The notes beneath the pieces were generated by a model. It did no database searches. It was not told the origin of the DNA and worked only from the letters and a program-made list of their open reading frames with translations. A stretch of DNA of 64,000 nt from Hyalangium minutum (GTDB taxonomy: Bacteria; Myxococcota; Myxococcia; Myxococcales; Myxococcaceae), in assembly GCF_000737315.1 (NCBI RefSeq), contig NZ_JMCB01000032.1, forward strand, positions 5,792-69,791. The letters are read 5' to 3'. Positions 53,176-63,276 of this stretch are shown piece after piece. Numbering within the stretch: the first letter of the stretch is position 1; each line of letters opens with the position of its first letter. A program made the translations under genes and the position numbers.

Positions 53176-54423
53176 TCAGGGGCCCAACAGGGGCTCGCCC
53201 GGCCGCACGGAGGGGGCGGGCCCCTCGTCCTCCAGGTCCTCTTCCGTCAGCACCGGCTGGAGCCGCGAGGAGGAGGTCTTGCGAGGGGACGGGCGCCGGG
53301 CCGCCACGGTGGTGGCGGGCTTCGCCTCGGGAGGAGGCTCCTCCAGCGTCACCCGGACCTTCAGCGGCTGCTGTCCCCGGCGCACCTGGAGCACCACGCT
53401 CTTGCCCACCCCCCGAGCGGCCAGCTGCCAGCTCAGCTTGGAGGCCTTCTCCACGCGCTCGGTATCCATGCTCACGATGACGTCCCCCGGGCGCAGGCCC
53501 GCGCGGCCCGCCGGGCTCCCCTCGGACACGGCCCAGACCACCACACCGTGGTTCTTGGGAGACATCCCCAGCTCCGAGGCCACCTGCGGCGACAAGTCTC
53601 GCACGTCGAAGCCCAGCCAGCCCCGGCGCACCTCGCCGTAGGTCTTCAGCTGCGGGAGGATCGCCTTGGCGATGTCGATGGGCACCGCGAACCCGATGCC
53701 CTGGCCCGCCACGTTCACCGCGTTGGCGATGGCCACCACGTCCCCGTTCAGATCCAGCACCGGCCCGCCCGAGTTGCCCGGGTTGATGGAGGCGTCCGTC
53801 TGAATGTAGTCGTAGTCGCCTGGGCGCCCGTTGGGCGTCACGTCCGTACGGCCCTTGTAGCTGACCACGCCCACGGTGACGGAGTGCTCCAGCCCGAACG
53901 GGCTGCCAATCACGACGATCCAGTCCGCCACCTCCACCCGGGAGGCCGACGCGAGCTTCAGCGCGGGCAGCTTCCGGCCCGCCTCGACTTTCAGGAGCGC
54001 GCAGTCGGTGCGCAGGTCCTGGCCCACCACCCGGGCCTCGTACGTCTCGGGATAGCCGCGCGGAGAGTCCACGGAGATCGTCACGTTGCCGGCGCCCTCC
54101 ACCACATGGGCGCTCGTCAGGATGTAGCCGTCCGGATGGATGATGAAGCCGGAGCCGATGCCCTTCTGCGGCTCCTCGCCGCTGGCCTCAGGCTCGGTGC
54201 TGTCCGGCAGGGTGGTGATGGAGACCACCGAGGGCATTGCCGCGCGCGCCACCTTGCTCAGGTTGGAGCGCTGCTCACGTACCTCGTGGTTGCGAGCCTC
54301 GAGCCACACGCGGCCGCTGCCTTCCCCGGCCGCATGTCCCACTCCCGCCACCACCAGCGTGCACGCTACGAGCAGCAGCCGCACGCCACCTCTCCGCACC
54401 CTTGCCATGGACCGCCTCCACAC
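53176..54423 (-). CDS. HtrA/DegP-like serine protease with one PDZ domain
   Basis: GSGFII, TSAHVV, DCALL, INPGNSGGP; PDZ RRGWLG. Confidence 0.93.
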   Translation of the reverse strand: MWRRSMARVRRGGVRLLLVACTLVVAGVGHAAGEGSGRVWLEARNHEVREQRSNLSKVARAAMPSVVSITTLPDSTEPEASGEEPQKGIGSGFIIHPDGYILTSAHVVEGAGNVTISVDSPRGYPETYEARVVGQDLRTDCALLKVEAGRKLPALKLASASRVEVADWIVVIGSPFGLEHSVTVGVVSYKGRTDVTPNGRPGDYDYIQTDASINPGNSGGPVLDLNGDVVAIANAVNVAGQGIGFAVPIDIAKAILPQLKTYGEVRRGWLGFDVRDLSPQVASELGMSPKNHGVVVWAVSEGSPAGRAGLRPGDVIVSMDTERVEKASKLSWQLAARGVGKSVVLQVRRGQQPLKVRVTLEEPPPEAKPATTVAARRPSPRKTSSSRLQPVLTEEDLEDEGPAPSVRPGEPLLGP

Positions 54424-54498
54424 CCCTCCACCACGTCCCGAACGTAAGGAGGGGCGGAAAGAACCGGAAGCGGGACCGAAGGGGCCCTGGGAAACCGT

Positions 54499-54810
54499 TT
54501 ACTTCTTCTGGGCAATGATGCGGTTCACTGCTTCACGGTCCTCGGCGGTGATGCGCTCGCGCGGGGCGCCCTCGCCCTTCTTGCCCACCGCGTCCTTGGC
54601 CTCGTCCAGCGCGTCCTCCAGCCCATCCTTCACCCGGTCCATGCTGTCCCTCATCCGGTCCACCTGCGAGGGGCGCACGTTCCGCTTCCACGCTCGCTGC
54701 ATGTGATCCAAAGGAGTGCGGCCGTCGATCTGCCCGGTCGCCAGGAAGATGCCCACCCCCACCGCGCACGCTGTCCACACCAGGAACTTCAGCACGCCCA
54801 TGTGTTTCAA
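54499..54810 (-). CDS. Small membrane-anchored hypothetical protein
   Basis: N-terminal hydrophobic helix then charged helical region. Confidence 0.65.
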   Translation of the reverse strand: MKHMGVLKFLVWTACAVGVGIFLATGQIDGRTPLDHMQRAWKRNVRPSQVDRMRDSMDRVKDGLEDALDEAKDAVGKKGEGAPRERITAEDREAVNRIIAQKK

Positions 54811-54868
54811 CCTCCTACCCTTTCTTACATCTAAAAAGGGGAGGCGGCCAGTTTCTGGGTCACTGCTA

Positions 54869-55948
54869 ATGTGCGCGGCCTTGCAGCCCGAAGAACTCTT
54901 TCAGGCCGCCCAGGCGCGGGCGGCGCAGATGGACGTGCGGCGCCAGGGAATGGCGGCGGCGTTGGAGCGCCTGAGGGCGGATGCCTCGGCGCTGTTCGCG
55001 CGCATTCCAGAGCCGCCCTTGTACAAACGCGCGGATGATCCGGCGCAGAAGGCGGCCGAGGCCCTGCTTCCCGAGGCGGAGAAGGTGCTGGCCATGGCGT
55101 TCGCCGTCACCTCCGAGCCCGAGGCTCCGGCCGCGGCCCATGGCATTCGTGCGGCGGTGCAGGCGCACGCGGAGGCGCTCTGCCACACGGTGAGTGGGCG
55201 GCTGACGGAGGCGGAGACGTCCTGGCGCAAGGCGCTGGAGCTGGAGCGTGCGGCGCACCCCACGCGCAGCCTGATGTCGGCGCCTCCGGCTCCGCCGCCG
55301 GTGTTCAACAAGGCGACGGGGCAGTCCCGGTACGATCCGCGCGAGGCGCCGCACGCCAAGGTGAAGCTGGTGTGCCCCAACACGGGGTGCAAGCGCATCG
55401 GGGACTACGATTTCACGCCGAGCCACGCGTACCACCGCTACGTGTGCCCAGCGTGCAACACGCCCTTCATGGCGTACTTCGGCGAGCTGCGCTCGCTGGA
55501 GGTGGAGGCGCTGAGCAGCTCCAACCGCTACCACTTCACGGTGGACGAGCTGGGCGGGAGCAGCGCGCGCATCGACTTCGAGGAGGCCAGCGGCGCCGAG
55601 TTCCCCGCGGCGCGGAAAGACTTGCTGGCCTTCCTCTATACGGAGGCGCGCGAGCTGAAGGTGGTGGTGAACGCCACCAACGGGAAGCTGATGTGGATCA
55701 GCCCGGCGGCCTCGTGCTTCCTGGCGACGGCGGCGTTCGGTGAGGGTGCGCCGGAGCTGGTGGCCTTCCGGGCGTTCCGGGACGAGGTGCTGCGGCGCCA
55801 TGGGCTCGGCCGGGCGTTCATCCGTGGTTACTATCGTCATGGCCCGGGGCTGGCGGAGTGGGTGGTGCGCCACCCGAGGGTGAGGACAGGGGTGCGCGGG
55901 GTGTTGACGCTCGTGCATCGAGGCTTGAAGAGGAGTGGACACACGTGA
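54869..55948 (+). CDS. CFI-box-CTERM domain protein with Cys cluster
   Basis: CFLATAAFG...LVAFRAFRD..L...GRAFI..YY..GP; CPNTGC..CPAC. Confidence 0.82.
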   Translation: MCAALQPEELFQAAQARAAQMDVRRQGMAAALERLRADASALFARIPEPPLYKRADDPAQKAAEALLPEAEKVLAMAFAVTSEPEAPAAAHGIRAAVQAHAEALCHTVSGRLTEAETSWRKALELERAAHPTRSLMSAPPAPPPVFNKATGQSRYDPREAPHAKVKLVCPNTGCKRIGDYDFTPSHAYHRYVCPACNTPFMAYFGELRSLEVEALSSSNRYHFTVDELGGSSARIDFEEASGAEFPAARKDLLAFLYTEARELKVVVNATNGKLMWISPAASCFLATAAFGEGAPELVAFRAFRDEVLRRHGLGRAFIRGYYRHGPGLAEWVVRHPRVRTGVRGVLTLVHRGLKRSGHT

Positions 55949-56550
55949 CTGAGCCGGTGACGAACCCTCCGCCCGCAGGTGCTCCTCCTCCTCCCACTCC
56001 GCCACCGGCCCCTTCCACGGGCGAGAAGGCGTCGAAAGCGCTGCTGATCCTGACGGCGGTGTTCGGGCTCGCGGGAGTGCTGTACCTGGGGATCATGGAG
56101 GCGCAGCGGAGCAAGCTGGCGCCGGAGGGTTCGGTGCCCTCGTTCGTGATGGAGCGCTACGGCGGCGGCAAGCTGGCCATGAGCGATCTGCGCGGCAAGG
56201 TGGTGATGCTCGACTTCTGGGCCACGTGGTGCCCGCCGTGCCAGGAGGAGATGCCCTCGCTGGTGAAGCTGGCCAAGGAGTTCGAGCCCCAGGGGCTCGC
56301 GTTCGTCGCGGCGAGCCGGGATGACGACGACGTGAAGGAAGAACTGGTGCGCCAGTTCTTGGGGCGCATGCCGGAGCTGGAGCCCTACGTGGTCTACGCC
56401 AACGACGAGGTGGCCATGGCCTTCCGTATCGAGGCGCTGCCCACGCTCTACTTCCTGAACCGCGAGGGCAAGGTCATCGACGCCGTTCGCGGGATGATGT
56501 CCGAGCCCCAACTGCGCCGGCGCATCGAGAAAGCGCTGAAGGAGCAGTAG
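55945..56550 (+). CDS. TlpA-family thiol-disulfide reductase
   Basis: TM anchor; LDFWATWCPPCQEEMP; GTGA overlap with previous gene. Confidence 0.9.
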   Translation: MTEPVTNPPPAGAPPPPTPPPAPSTGEKASKALLILTAVFGLAGVLYLGIMEAQRSKLAPEGSVPSFVMERYGGGKLAMSDLRGKVVMLDFWATWCPPCQEEMPSLVKLAKEFEPQGLAFVAASRDDDDVKEELVRQFLGRMPELEPYVVYANDEVAMAFRIEALPTLYFLNREGKVIDAVRGMMSEPQLRRRIEKALKEQ

Positions 56551-56556
56551 GACGTC

Positions 56557-58431
56557 TTACTTCTTCGGCGCTGGCGCCGGACTGCCCGTGGACTTGGGGG
56601 CGGTGGGGCCCGGCGTCGGTCCCGGAGCCGTGGGGCCCGGCGTCGGCCCGGAGGCCGGAGTCGCCGGGGCCGTGGTCCCGGGAACCGTGGGGGGAGGCAC
56701 GGTGGGGACAGGCACTTCACGCGGAGGCGTCTCCACCTCGTCCTTCACCAGACGGAACTCGACGCGGCGGTTCTTCGCGCGGCCGAGCGGCGTGGCGTTC
56801 GTGGTGATGGGCCGGTCGAAGCCGAAGCCCTGCGAGCGCAGGCGCTTGCGGTTGATGCCCTTGGCCACCAGGTAGTCCAACACCGCCTTGGCGCGACGAT
56901 CCGACAGGCTGAGGTTGAGGGCGCGTGCACCCACGTTGTCGGTGTGACCTTCGATAAGCACGGGGCCGAGCTCGGGATTGCGCGCGAGCACCGAGGCCAC
57001 CTCATCGAGCAGCTTGAACGACTGCTTGCGGATGTTCGCCTTACCGGTCTCGAAGAGGATGTTGCCCTTGATGCGGATGCGGTCGGACTCGACGACCACG
57101 TAGGGGGGCGCGTCGTAGGGGCAGCCGTTGTTCTCCGGCGGGCCGAACATGTCCGGGCACTCGTCCTCGTTGTCGGGCACCTCGTCGCCGTCGGTGTCCG
57201 GGCAGCCGTCGTATTCCTTGGGGCCCGCTTTCTTCGGGCACGCATCCAGGTGGTCCGGGATGCCGTCGCCGTCCGTGTCGGTGTCCGCTGGGCAGCCCTT
57301 GAGCTCCTTGGGCCCTGCCTTGTCGGGGCAGCCGTCCTCGCCGTCCACGATGCCGTCGCCGTCGTTGTCCGGATCGATGCAGCCGTCGTCATCCTCGTGG
57401 CCGTCGCGATCCTCCTTCTCGGTGGGGCACTTGTCGCGCGCGTCGGGGACTCCATCGCCATCCGAGTCGACGAAGGTCTCCTCGTAGCGCAGAGCGACCA
57501 TGACGCGGAACGCCTCGCGCCCGTAGCCACCGTGCAGGCCGATGCCGCGGCCCACGTTCAGCTCCAGGCCCCAGGGGCCATGAATGTGCGTGCGCGCGCC
57601 CACCAGCAGCTCCCACGGAGTCTTGAGCGAGTCGGCCTGGCTGAAGGTGAAGGGCGAGGATGCGGGCGTGGACAGATGCATCTCCGCCACCGCCTGGATA
57701 CCGCTCAGGCGGGCCACGTTCGGTAGATCCACCACCGCACCGGCGCCGAGCGTGAACTCATCGTCCACGTAGAGGTTGAGGTACTGGGCGTGGCGCCGGA
57801 AGCGCCAGCCTACGTTGCCCAGCAGGCGCACCGGACCGAAGGAGCGCTCCACCGCGAGCCTCGGGGCCACGAGCACCCCGCGCTCGCCGAGGAAGCTGAA
57901 GCCATCGCCGGTGGGCAGCCGGACCTCGCCCACGAAGCCCAGGCCCACGGGGAATTGAGCAGGATCCAACAGCGTCACGCGCGGCAGCAGGCGCAGATCT
58001 CCCAATCCGAGCCGGTTCACGCTCGCCGCGCCCGGGAAGTCGGGGGCGGCCAGGGCGTCGCGCAGCAGTTGGAACCGGTCGCCCTGGATCACCGTGAACG
58101 GGAGGTCCACGCCCAGCTCCACGCGGGGATGCACCTGGTAGGCGAACAGCGCGTGGGCATCGAGCCGGTAGGGGAGCAGAGATCCCAGCTGCTCCTCGCC
58201 CAGCTTGAGCGAGAGGATGCTCAGGTTGAGATCCAGCAGCAGCGAGGCACGGAGGCTGCCCACGGGCGCCGCCCGGGCTCCCTCGAGCGCAATGCCGCTG
58301 TCCTGCGCCGCGGTGGCCTTCACAGGAACCGCGTCGAAGCTCCGGCTGAAAGGATCGTGATCAGCCCTCGCGGTCATCCCTACTGCCAGGACGCACAAGA
58401 GCGTGAGCCGGAGCGACACTAGACCTCGCAT
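56557..58431 (-). CDS. Beta-barrel - thrombospondin type 3 repeats - OmpA protein (TraB-like architecture)
   Basis: Signal peptide; DSDGDGVPDARDKCP repeats; OmpA IEGHTD, LSDRRA, KNRRVEF; Pro/Thr tail. Confidence 0.9.
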   Translation of the reverse strand: MRGLVSLRLTLLCVLAVGMTARADHDPFSRSFDAVPVKATAAQDSGIALEGARAAPVGSLRASLLLDLNLSILSLKLGEEQLGSLLPYRLDAHALFAYQVHPRVELGVDLPFTVIQGDRFQLLRDALAAPDFPGAASVNRLGLGDLRLLPRVTLLDPAQFPVGLGFVGEVRLPTGDGFSFLGERGVLVAPRLAVERSFGPVRLLGNVGWRFRRHAQYLNLYVDDEFTLGAGAVVDLPNVARLSGIQAVAEMHLSTPASSPFTFSQADSLKTPWELLVGARTHIHGPWGLELNVGRGIGLHGGYGREAFRVMVALRYEETFVDSDGDGVPDARDKCPTEKEDRDGHEDDDGCIDPDNDGDGIVDGEDGCPDKAGPKELKGCPADTDTDGDGIPDHLDACPKKAGPKEYDGCPDTDGDEVPDNEDECPDMFGPPENNGCPYDAPPYVVVESDRIRIKGNILFETGKANIRKQSFKLLDEVASVLARNPELGPVLIEGHTDNVGARALNLSLSDRRAKAVLDYLVAKGINRKRLRSQGFGFDRPITTNATPLGRAKNRRVEFRLVKDEVETPPREVPVPTVPPPTVPGTTAPATPASGPTPGPTAPGPTPGPTAPKSTGSPAPAPKK

Positions 58432-58589
58432 GGTGCCGCTTATAGCTCCCGTGTTGAGGGGACGAAAAAAAATACGTTGGAATGCAAATTTTCCAGGCAA
58501 TTTATGAGAGGACGGAGAGTCCTGCTGAAGCATGGAGGCCCCGGGCTGGCTCACGCCGGCGCCGGGGCCTTCGCTCTGGGGCACTGCCG

Positions 58590-60214
58590 CTACTTCTCCA
58601 TAAAGGAACTGGCGGAGAAGACCTCGATGGTCTCGGGCTTCAAGGGCAGCGGTTGCTGGATGATGGCCTTGTCCACCTCGAGCAGCTCCGGCGGCTTGGC
58701 GGACGCGTAAGAGAGCGGCGCCGCCGTGGGCGCCTTGAGCGCGTTGACGAGCGCCGGAGCGTCCTGGGTGACGAAGGCGAAGCTGAGCGCGTCTGGGCGC
58801 AGGCGGCGGCGCACGGCCTCATGGACGGACTCGGGCGTCATGTCCCCGAGCGCCTTGCGGTACTGCTCCAGGAAGTTCGGCGTGCCGTAGAAGAGCGAGT
58901 CGATGGCGTAGCCGAGGCGCCGCTGATCCGTCTGTTCCCAGAGCCGCGTGTAGCTCATCAGGAAGCCGCGGATGAGCTCGAACTGCTCGCGCGAGATGCC
59001 CTGCTGCACGAGCTGGTCGAGGTAGTAGACGGCTCCGTGGGTGGCGAACGACGCATTGGCGGGAACCACCGGGCGGATCCACAGGCTGATGTCCTGCTGC
59101 GTGCGCGCAATGTTGGTGCGGGCGTAGGTGGTGCCGGGCTGTTCGGTGAAGTGCTCGGCGTAGGCGTAGTCGCCGTAGTTGAGGCCGCGGCGCTCGCGCA
59201 GTTCGTTGAAGAGCACACCGTGGAATTGGCGGTGCTCGCCCAGGTACGAGAGCGCGAAGGCCACCGGGAAGAAGTCCGGATCGCCCCGGCGCAGTGGCGT
59301 TGCGTAGCCCATGGAGATGGCGGTGGAGAGCGTGGGCTTCTGGATGATGACGGCGCGGCCCGGCTGCACGGGCACCGGCGGCAGCTCCACGCGCGGCGCC
59401 CCCGTGGCGGGCAGGGCGGACAGGCGCGAGGTGATGGACTGCTTCAGCTTGTCGTCCACCGGCCCGGCCAGGCCGATGACGATCCGGTCCTGCGTGAAGA
59501 CGCGGCGGGCATGGGCCTTCACGTCATCGAGCGTGAGGCCCTGGAGCCCCTGCACGGTGCCTCCGACGAAGTGAGCGTAAGGGTGACCGCGGAACAGGAG
59601 TGCATCGAGCGCCACCTGGCCGAGCTGCTCATCGTTCTCGCTGCGCAAGCGGTTGCGGACGGTGTTGATGGCGTCGGTGCGCAAGCGCTCGAACTCGTTC
59701 GGGTCGTAGCGCGGCTCGAGCAGTACGTCGGTGAAGATCTCCAGGAAGCGCGGCAGGAAGTCCTTGTGGACGCGACCGGAGAAGGTGGTGAACTCCTTGT
59801 CCGGGTACACGTCCAGCGTGGCGGCCATGGGGAAGAGGGCCTCCAGCAGTTGGGCGGAGCTGAGCTTCCTCGTACCGCCCTCTGCGAGCACGTTGGCGGT
59901 GAGCGCGGTGAGGCCCTCCTTGCCGGCCGGGTCATCCACCGAGCCCGCGCGGAACACGAGCCGGAAGCTGACGATGGGGTTCTCCGGGCTGGCCAGGACG
60001 ACGAGCTGCATGGGCGCGGGCTGCTTCAGCGGCGTGGCCGGAACCGGCGAGAGCGGGGCTGCTGGCGCGAGAGCAGGGGCCTTGGCTGCCGGTGCGGAGG
60101 CCTGGGGCTGAGCCGGGGCCTGCTCGGGCGTGGGCGTGGGCTGAGGCGAGCTGGCGCAGGCGGCGAGCCACAGCGAGGAGACAACGGCGGCGAGGTTTCG
60201 GGTGAAGGCGTTCA

Positions 60215-60215
<1 letters not shown>
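58590..60215 (-). CDS. M16B peptidase, non-catalytic subunit, lipoprotein
   Basis: Lipobox WLAA-C; no HxxEH; RERRGLNY substrate-binding R/Y motif; TAATG coupling. Confidence 0.85.
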
Positions 60216-61561
<1,346 letters not shown>

Positions 61562-61703
61562 GCGGTGACCTCATGGCCGAGGTGGGTGGGCAACCTCGGC
61601 GGTGGGGCCCTATACGGCGGAAGGCCCCCTGGAGGGGAGGCAAGCATGAGCCCATCTGTTGGGGAGTGTGTGCGAGAACCAGCGGATGGGTGGGTCAGGA
61701 GGA

Positions 61704-61731
61704 TTGACGTGCCCCCGTCAGCGGTTAACGT
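61704..61731 (+). promoter_or_regulatory. Probable sigma70-type promoter of ssrA
   Basis: TTGACG-16 bp-TAACGT ending 17 bp before the tmRNA 5' end. Confidence 0.5.
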
Positions 61732-61748
61732 AGAAGGGTCGAACGAAA

Positions 61749-62110
61749 GGGGGCGACCTGGCTTCGACGGGGGCATAGAAGCCCGAGACGCGTGCCGAGC
61801 TGTCAGTGACTCGTAAAACCGCTGGCAAAGACACAAAAGCCAACGACAACGTTGAGCTCGCGCTGGCTGCCTAACAACAGTACTTAGCGCGCGGTCCTCC
61901 TGCTCTCGGCCCGTGGGGTGGGGTAGGACCGTCATAATGCGGGCTGGCTGCCGAGGGTGCCTGGGCCCGAGGTGGCGAGATCTTTCCAGGACCGGCTCGT
62001 AGGATCCCGTCCGTGGGAGCCTGCGGGACGTAGCAAAGCGCGGACTACGCACGTAGGGTCGAAGGGCCGAAGGCTTTCGGACGCGGGTTCGATTCCCGCC
62101 GCCTCCACAG
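61749..62110 (+). ncRNA. ssrA: tmRNA; tag ORF 61839-61874 encodes (A)NDNVELALAA*
   Basis: GGGGGCG pairs with CGCCTCC-A (one G-U); GCGGGTTCGATTCCCGC T-arm; GCC AAC GAC AAC...GCT GCC TAA; CCA not fully encoded. Confidence 0.97.
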
Positions 62111-62131
62111 AGCAGCAAGAGCTGTAGCAAG

Positions 62132-62169
62132 GCCCCGGCCGCCATCTGGCGAGCCGGGGTTTTCTTTTT
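62132..62169 (+). terminator. Intrinsic terminator after ssrA
   Basis: CCCCGGC...GCCGGGG stem followed by TTTTCTTTTT. Confidence 0.8.
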
Positions 62170-62289
62170 CCCCTGAAGCTGCGAGGGGCAGCCGGTTTAC
62201 CCTACCTGGCCTGGTTGCGGCCGAAAGATGACGTGGAAACGACCCTCCTCAACCCGCTCTGCGCGGCCTGTTCATCGTGCAATGAGAGC

Positions 62290-63042
62290 TCACTCACTGA
62301 CTCGAACAAGCAACTTGTCGAACATCGTGTCGCTGGCGCTGTTCGAAAAATCAAACGTCAGAGCGTCCGTCGTACTGGTATTGCTCTCGATCGTCTTGAA
62401 TCCGCTGGAGAGGCTGCTTCCCTTGGTCGAGAGGTTGGTGTCGCCGAAGACCGCCGAAACATCTTCCTTCTCCATGAACGTACCTACCTTTGAGTTATTG
62501 GCCATGCTGTTCAAGATGTGGCAGCCCAACAGCTTGCCCTCCGAATCGGTGCCTTTCCCAAAGACGATCTGCGCGGCGTTGCCTATCGAGGCTGATTGAA
62601 TCGAGAATGAATAGTCTGGGCTGAGAGAAGGAAGGTATGCCATTATGATGGCATTGACCGCCTTTGTTTCCTTCGTGCTCAGGAGTGGCCAGGTGAAGGC
62701 CTTACTCCCCTTGAGCAGCTGTTTGGCTCCTTCCTGACCGACCTCGGCCAGGATAATGACGTTGATATCGTGTGTGAGCATCACCTTGAACAGCTGTTGT
62801 GAGAAACCCACCGCACCTCGCAGGGAGGTGTCGTGGCTGTTCAGGCTCGTAGAGGGCAGCATGCCTCCCTTTGAGCGAAAGACGGTCCCGCCCGCGAAGT
62901 TGTGGGTGGCATTGAGAGAGTGATAGTAGATGTTGAGGTCAGGGAGGCCCTCTATCTGCGCGTGGAGAATCAGCCCGTGATGGTCGCTGAAAACGCCGCT
63001 GGAGAACCGATTGACGAGGCCGACGAAGCACGTGCTGCCTCC
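62290..63042 (-). CDS. Low-GC ORF with EEP-like motifs; open for 60 codons upstream of ATG 62862, true start unclear
   Basis: No stop between 63042 and 62293; motifs FSDH, DINVIILAEV, GCH, FGDTN, FDKLLV. Confidence 0.6.
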   Translation of the reverse strand, partial: GGSTCFVGLVNRFSSGVFSDHHGLILHAQIEGLPDLNIYYHSLNATHNFAGGTVFRSKGGMLPSTSLNSHDTSLRGAVGFSQQLFKVMLTHDINVIILAEVGQEGAKQLLKGSKAFTWPLLSTKETKAVNAIIMAYLPSLSPDYSFSIQSASIGNAAQIVFGKGTDSEGKLLGCHILNSMANNSKVGTFMEKEDVSAVFGDTNLSTKGSSLSSGFKTIESNTSTTDALTFDFSNSASDTMFDKLLVRVSE

Positions 63043-63062
63043 CTAGTTGCTGTGCGTGCACT

Positions 63063-63106
63063 GGCCGAAGCTCCGGGCGGAGGGTTCGATTCCTGCCGAC
63101 TCCACC
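63063..63106 (+). mobile_element. Degenerate copy of tmRNA 3' end (att-like scar)
   Basis: GGCCGAAG...GGGTTCGATTCCTGCCGACTCCAC; last 24 nt match ssrA 62085-62108 at 22 positions. Confidence 0.7.
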
Positions 63107-63113
63107 TCACTTC

Positions 63114-63245
63114 TCGCTCCTGCAGCGGATGATCAAACCAGAGGAGCTCGCCAGCATGGTCGCTTATCTGGCGAGCCCTCTTTCTGCCGCGACGAACGGC
63201 GCTGCGCTGCGCGTCGAAGGCGGCCTCATCACCACTGTCAGCTAG
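63114..63245 (+). pseudogene. C-terminal remnant of an SDR oxidoreductase
   Basis: SLLQRMIKPEELASMVAYLASPLSAATNGAALRVEGGLITTVS-stop, typical SDR tail; not in ORF track. Confidence 0.75.
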
Positions 63246-63276
63246 AGGAGTCCCTCATGCCAAACGAGGGCTACCA

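Noticed and set aside
56590-56660. Repeats encoding TPGPTAP in the OmpA tail as a separate element
   Set aside because: Two short in-frame copies in an ordinary Pro/Thr linker
56557-58431. Assigning gene symbol traB
   Set aside because: Architecture fits but no traA-like gene is adjacent; orthology cannot be shown from sequence alone
63040-63110. Intact tRNA gene
   Set aside because: Only T-loop and 3' acceptor strand are present, T-stem is mismatched, no D or anticodon arm or matching 5' strand found
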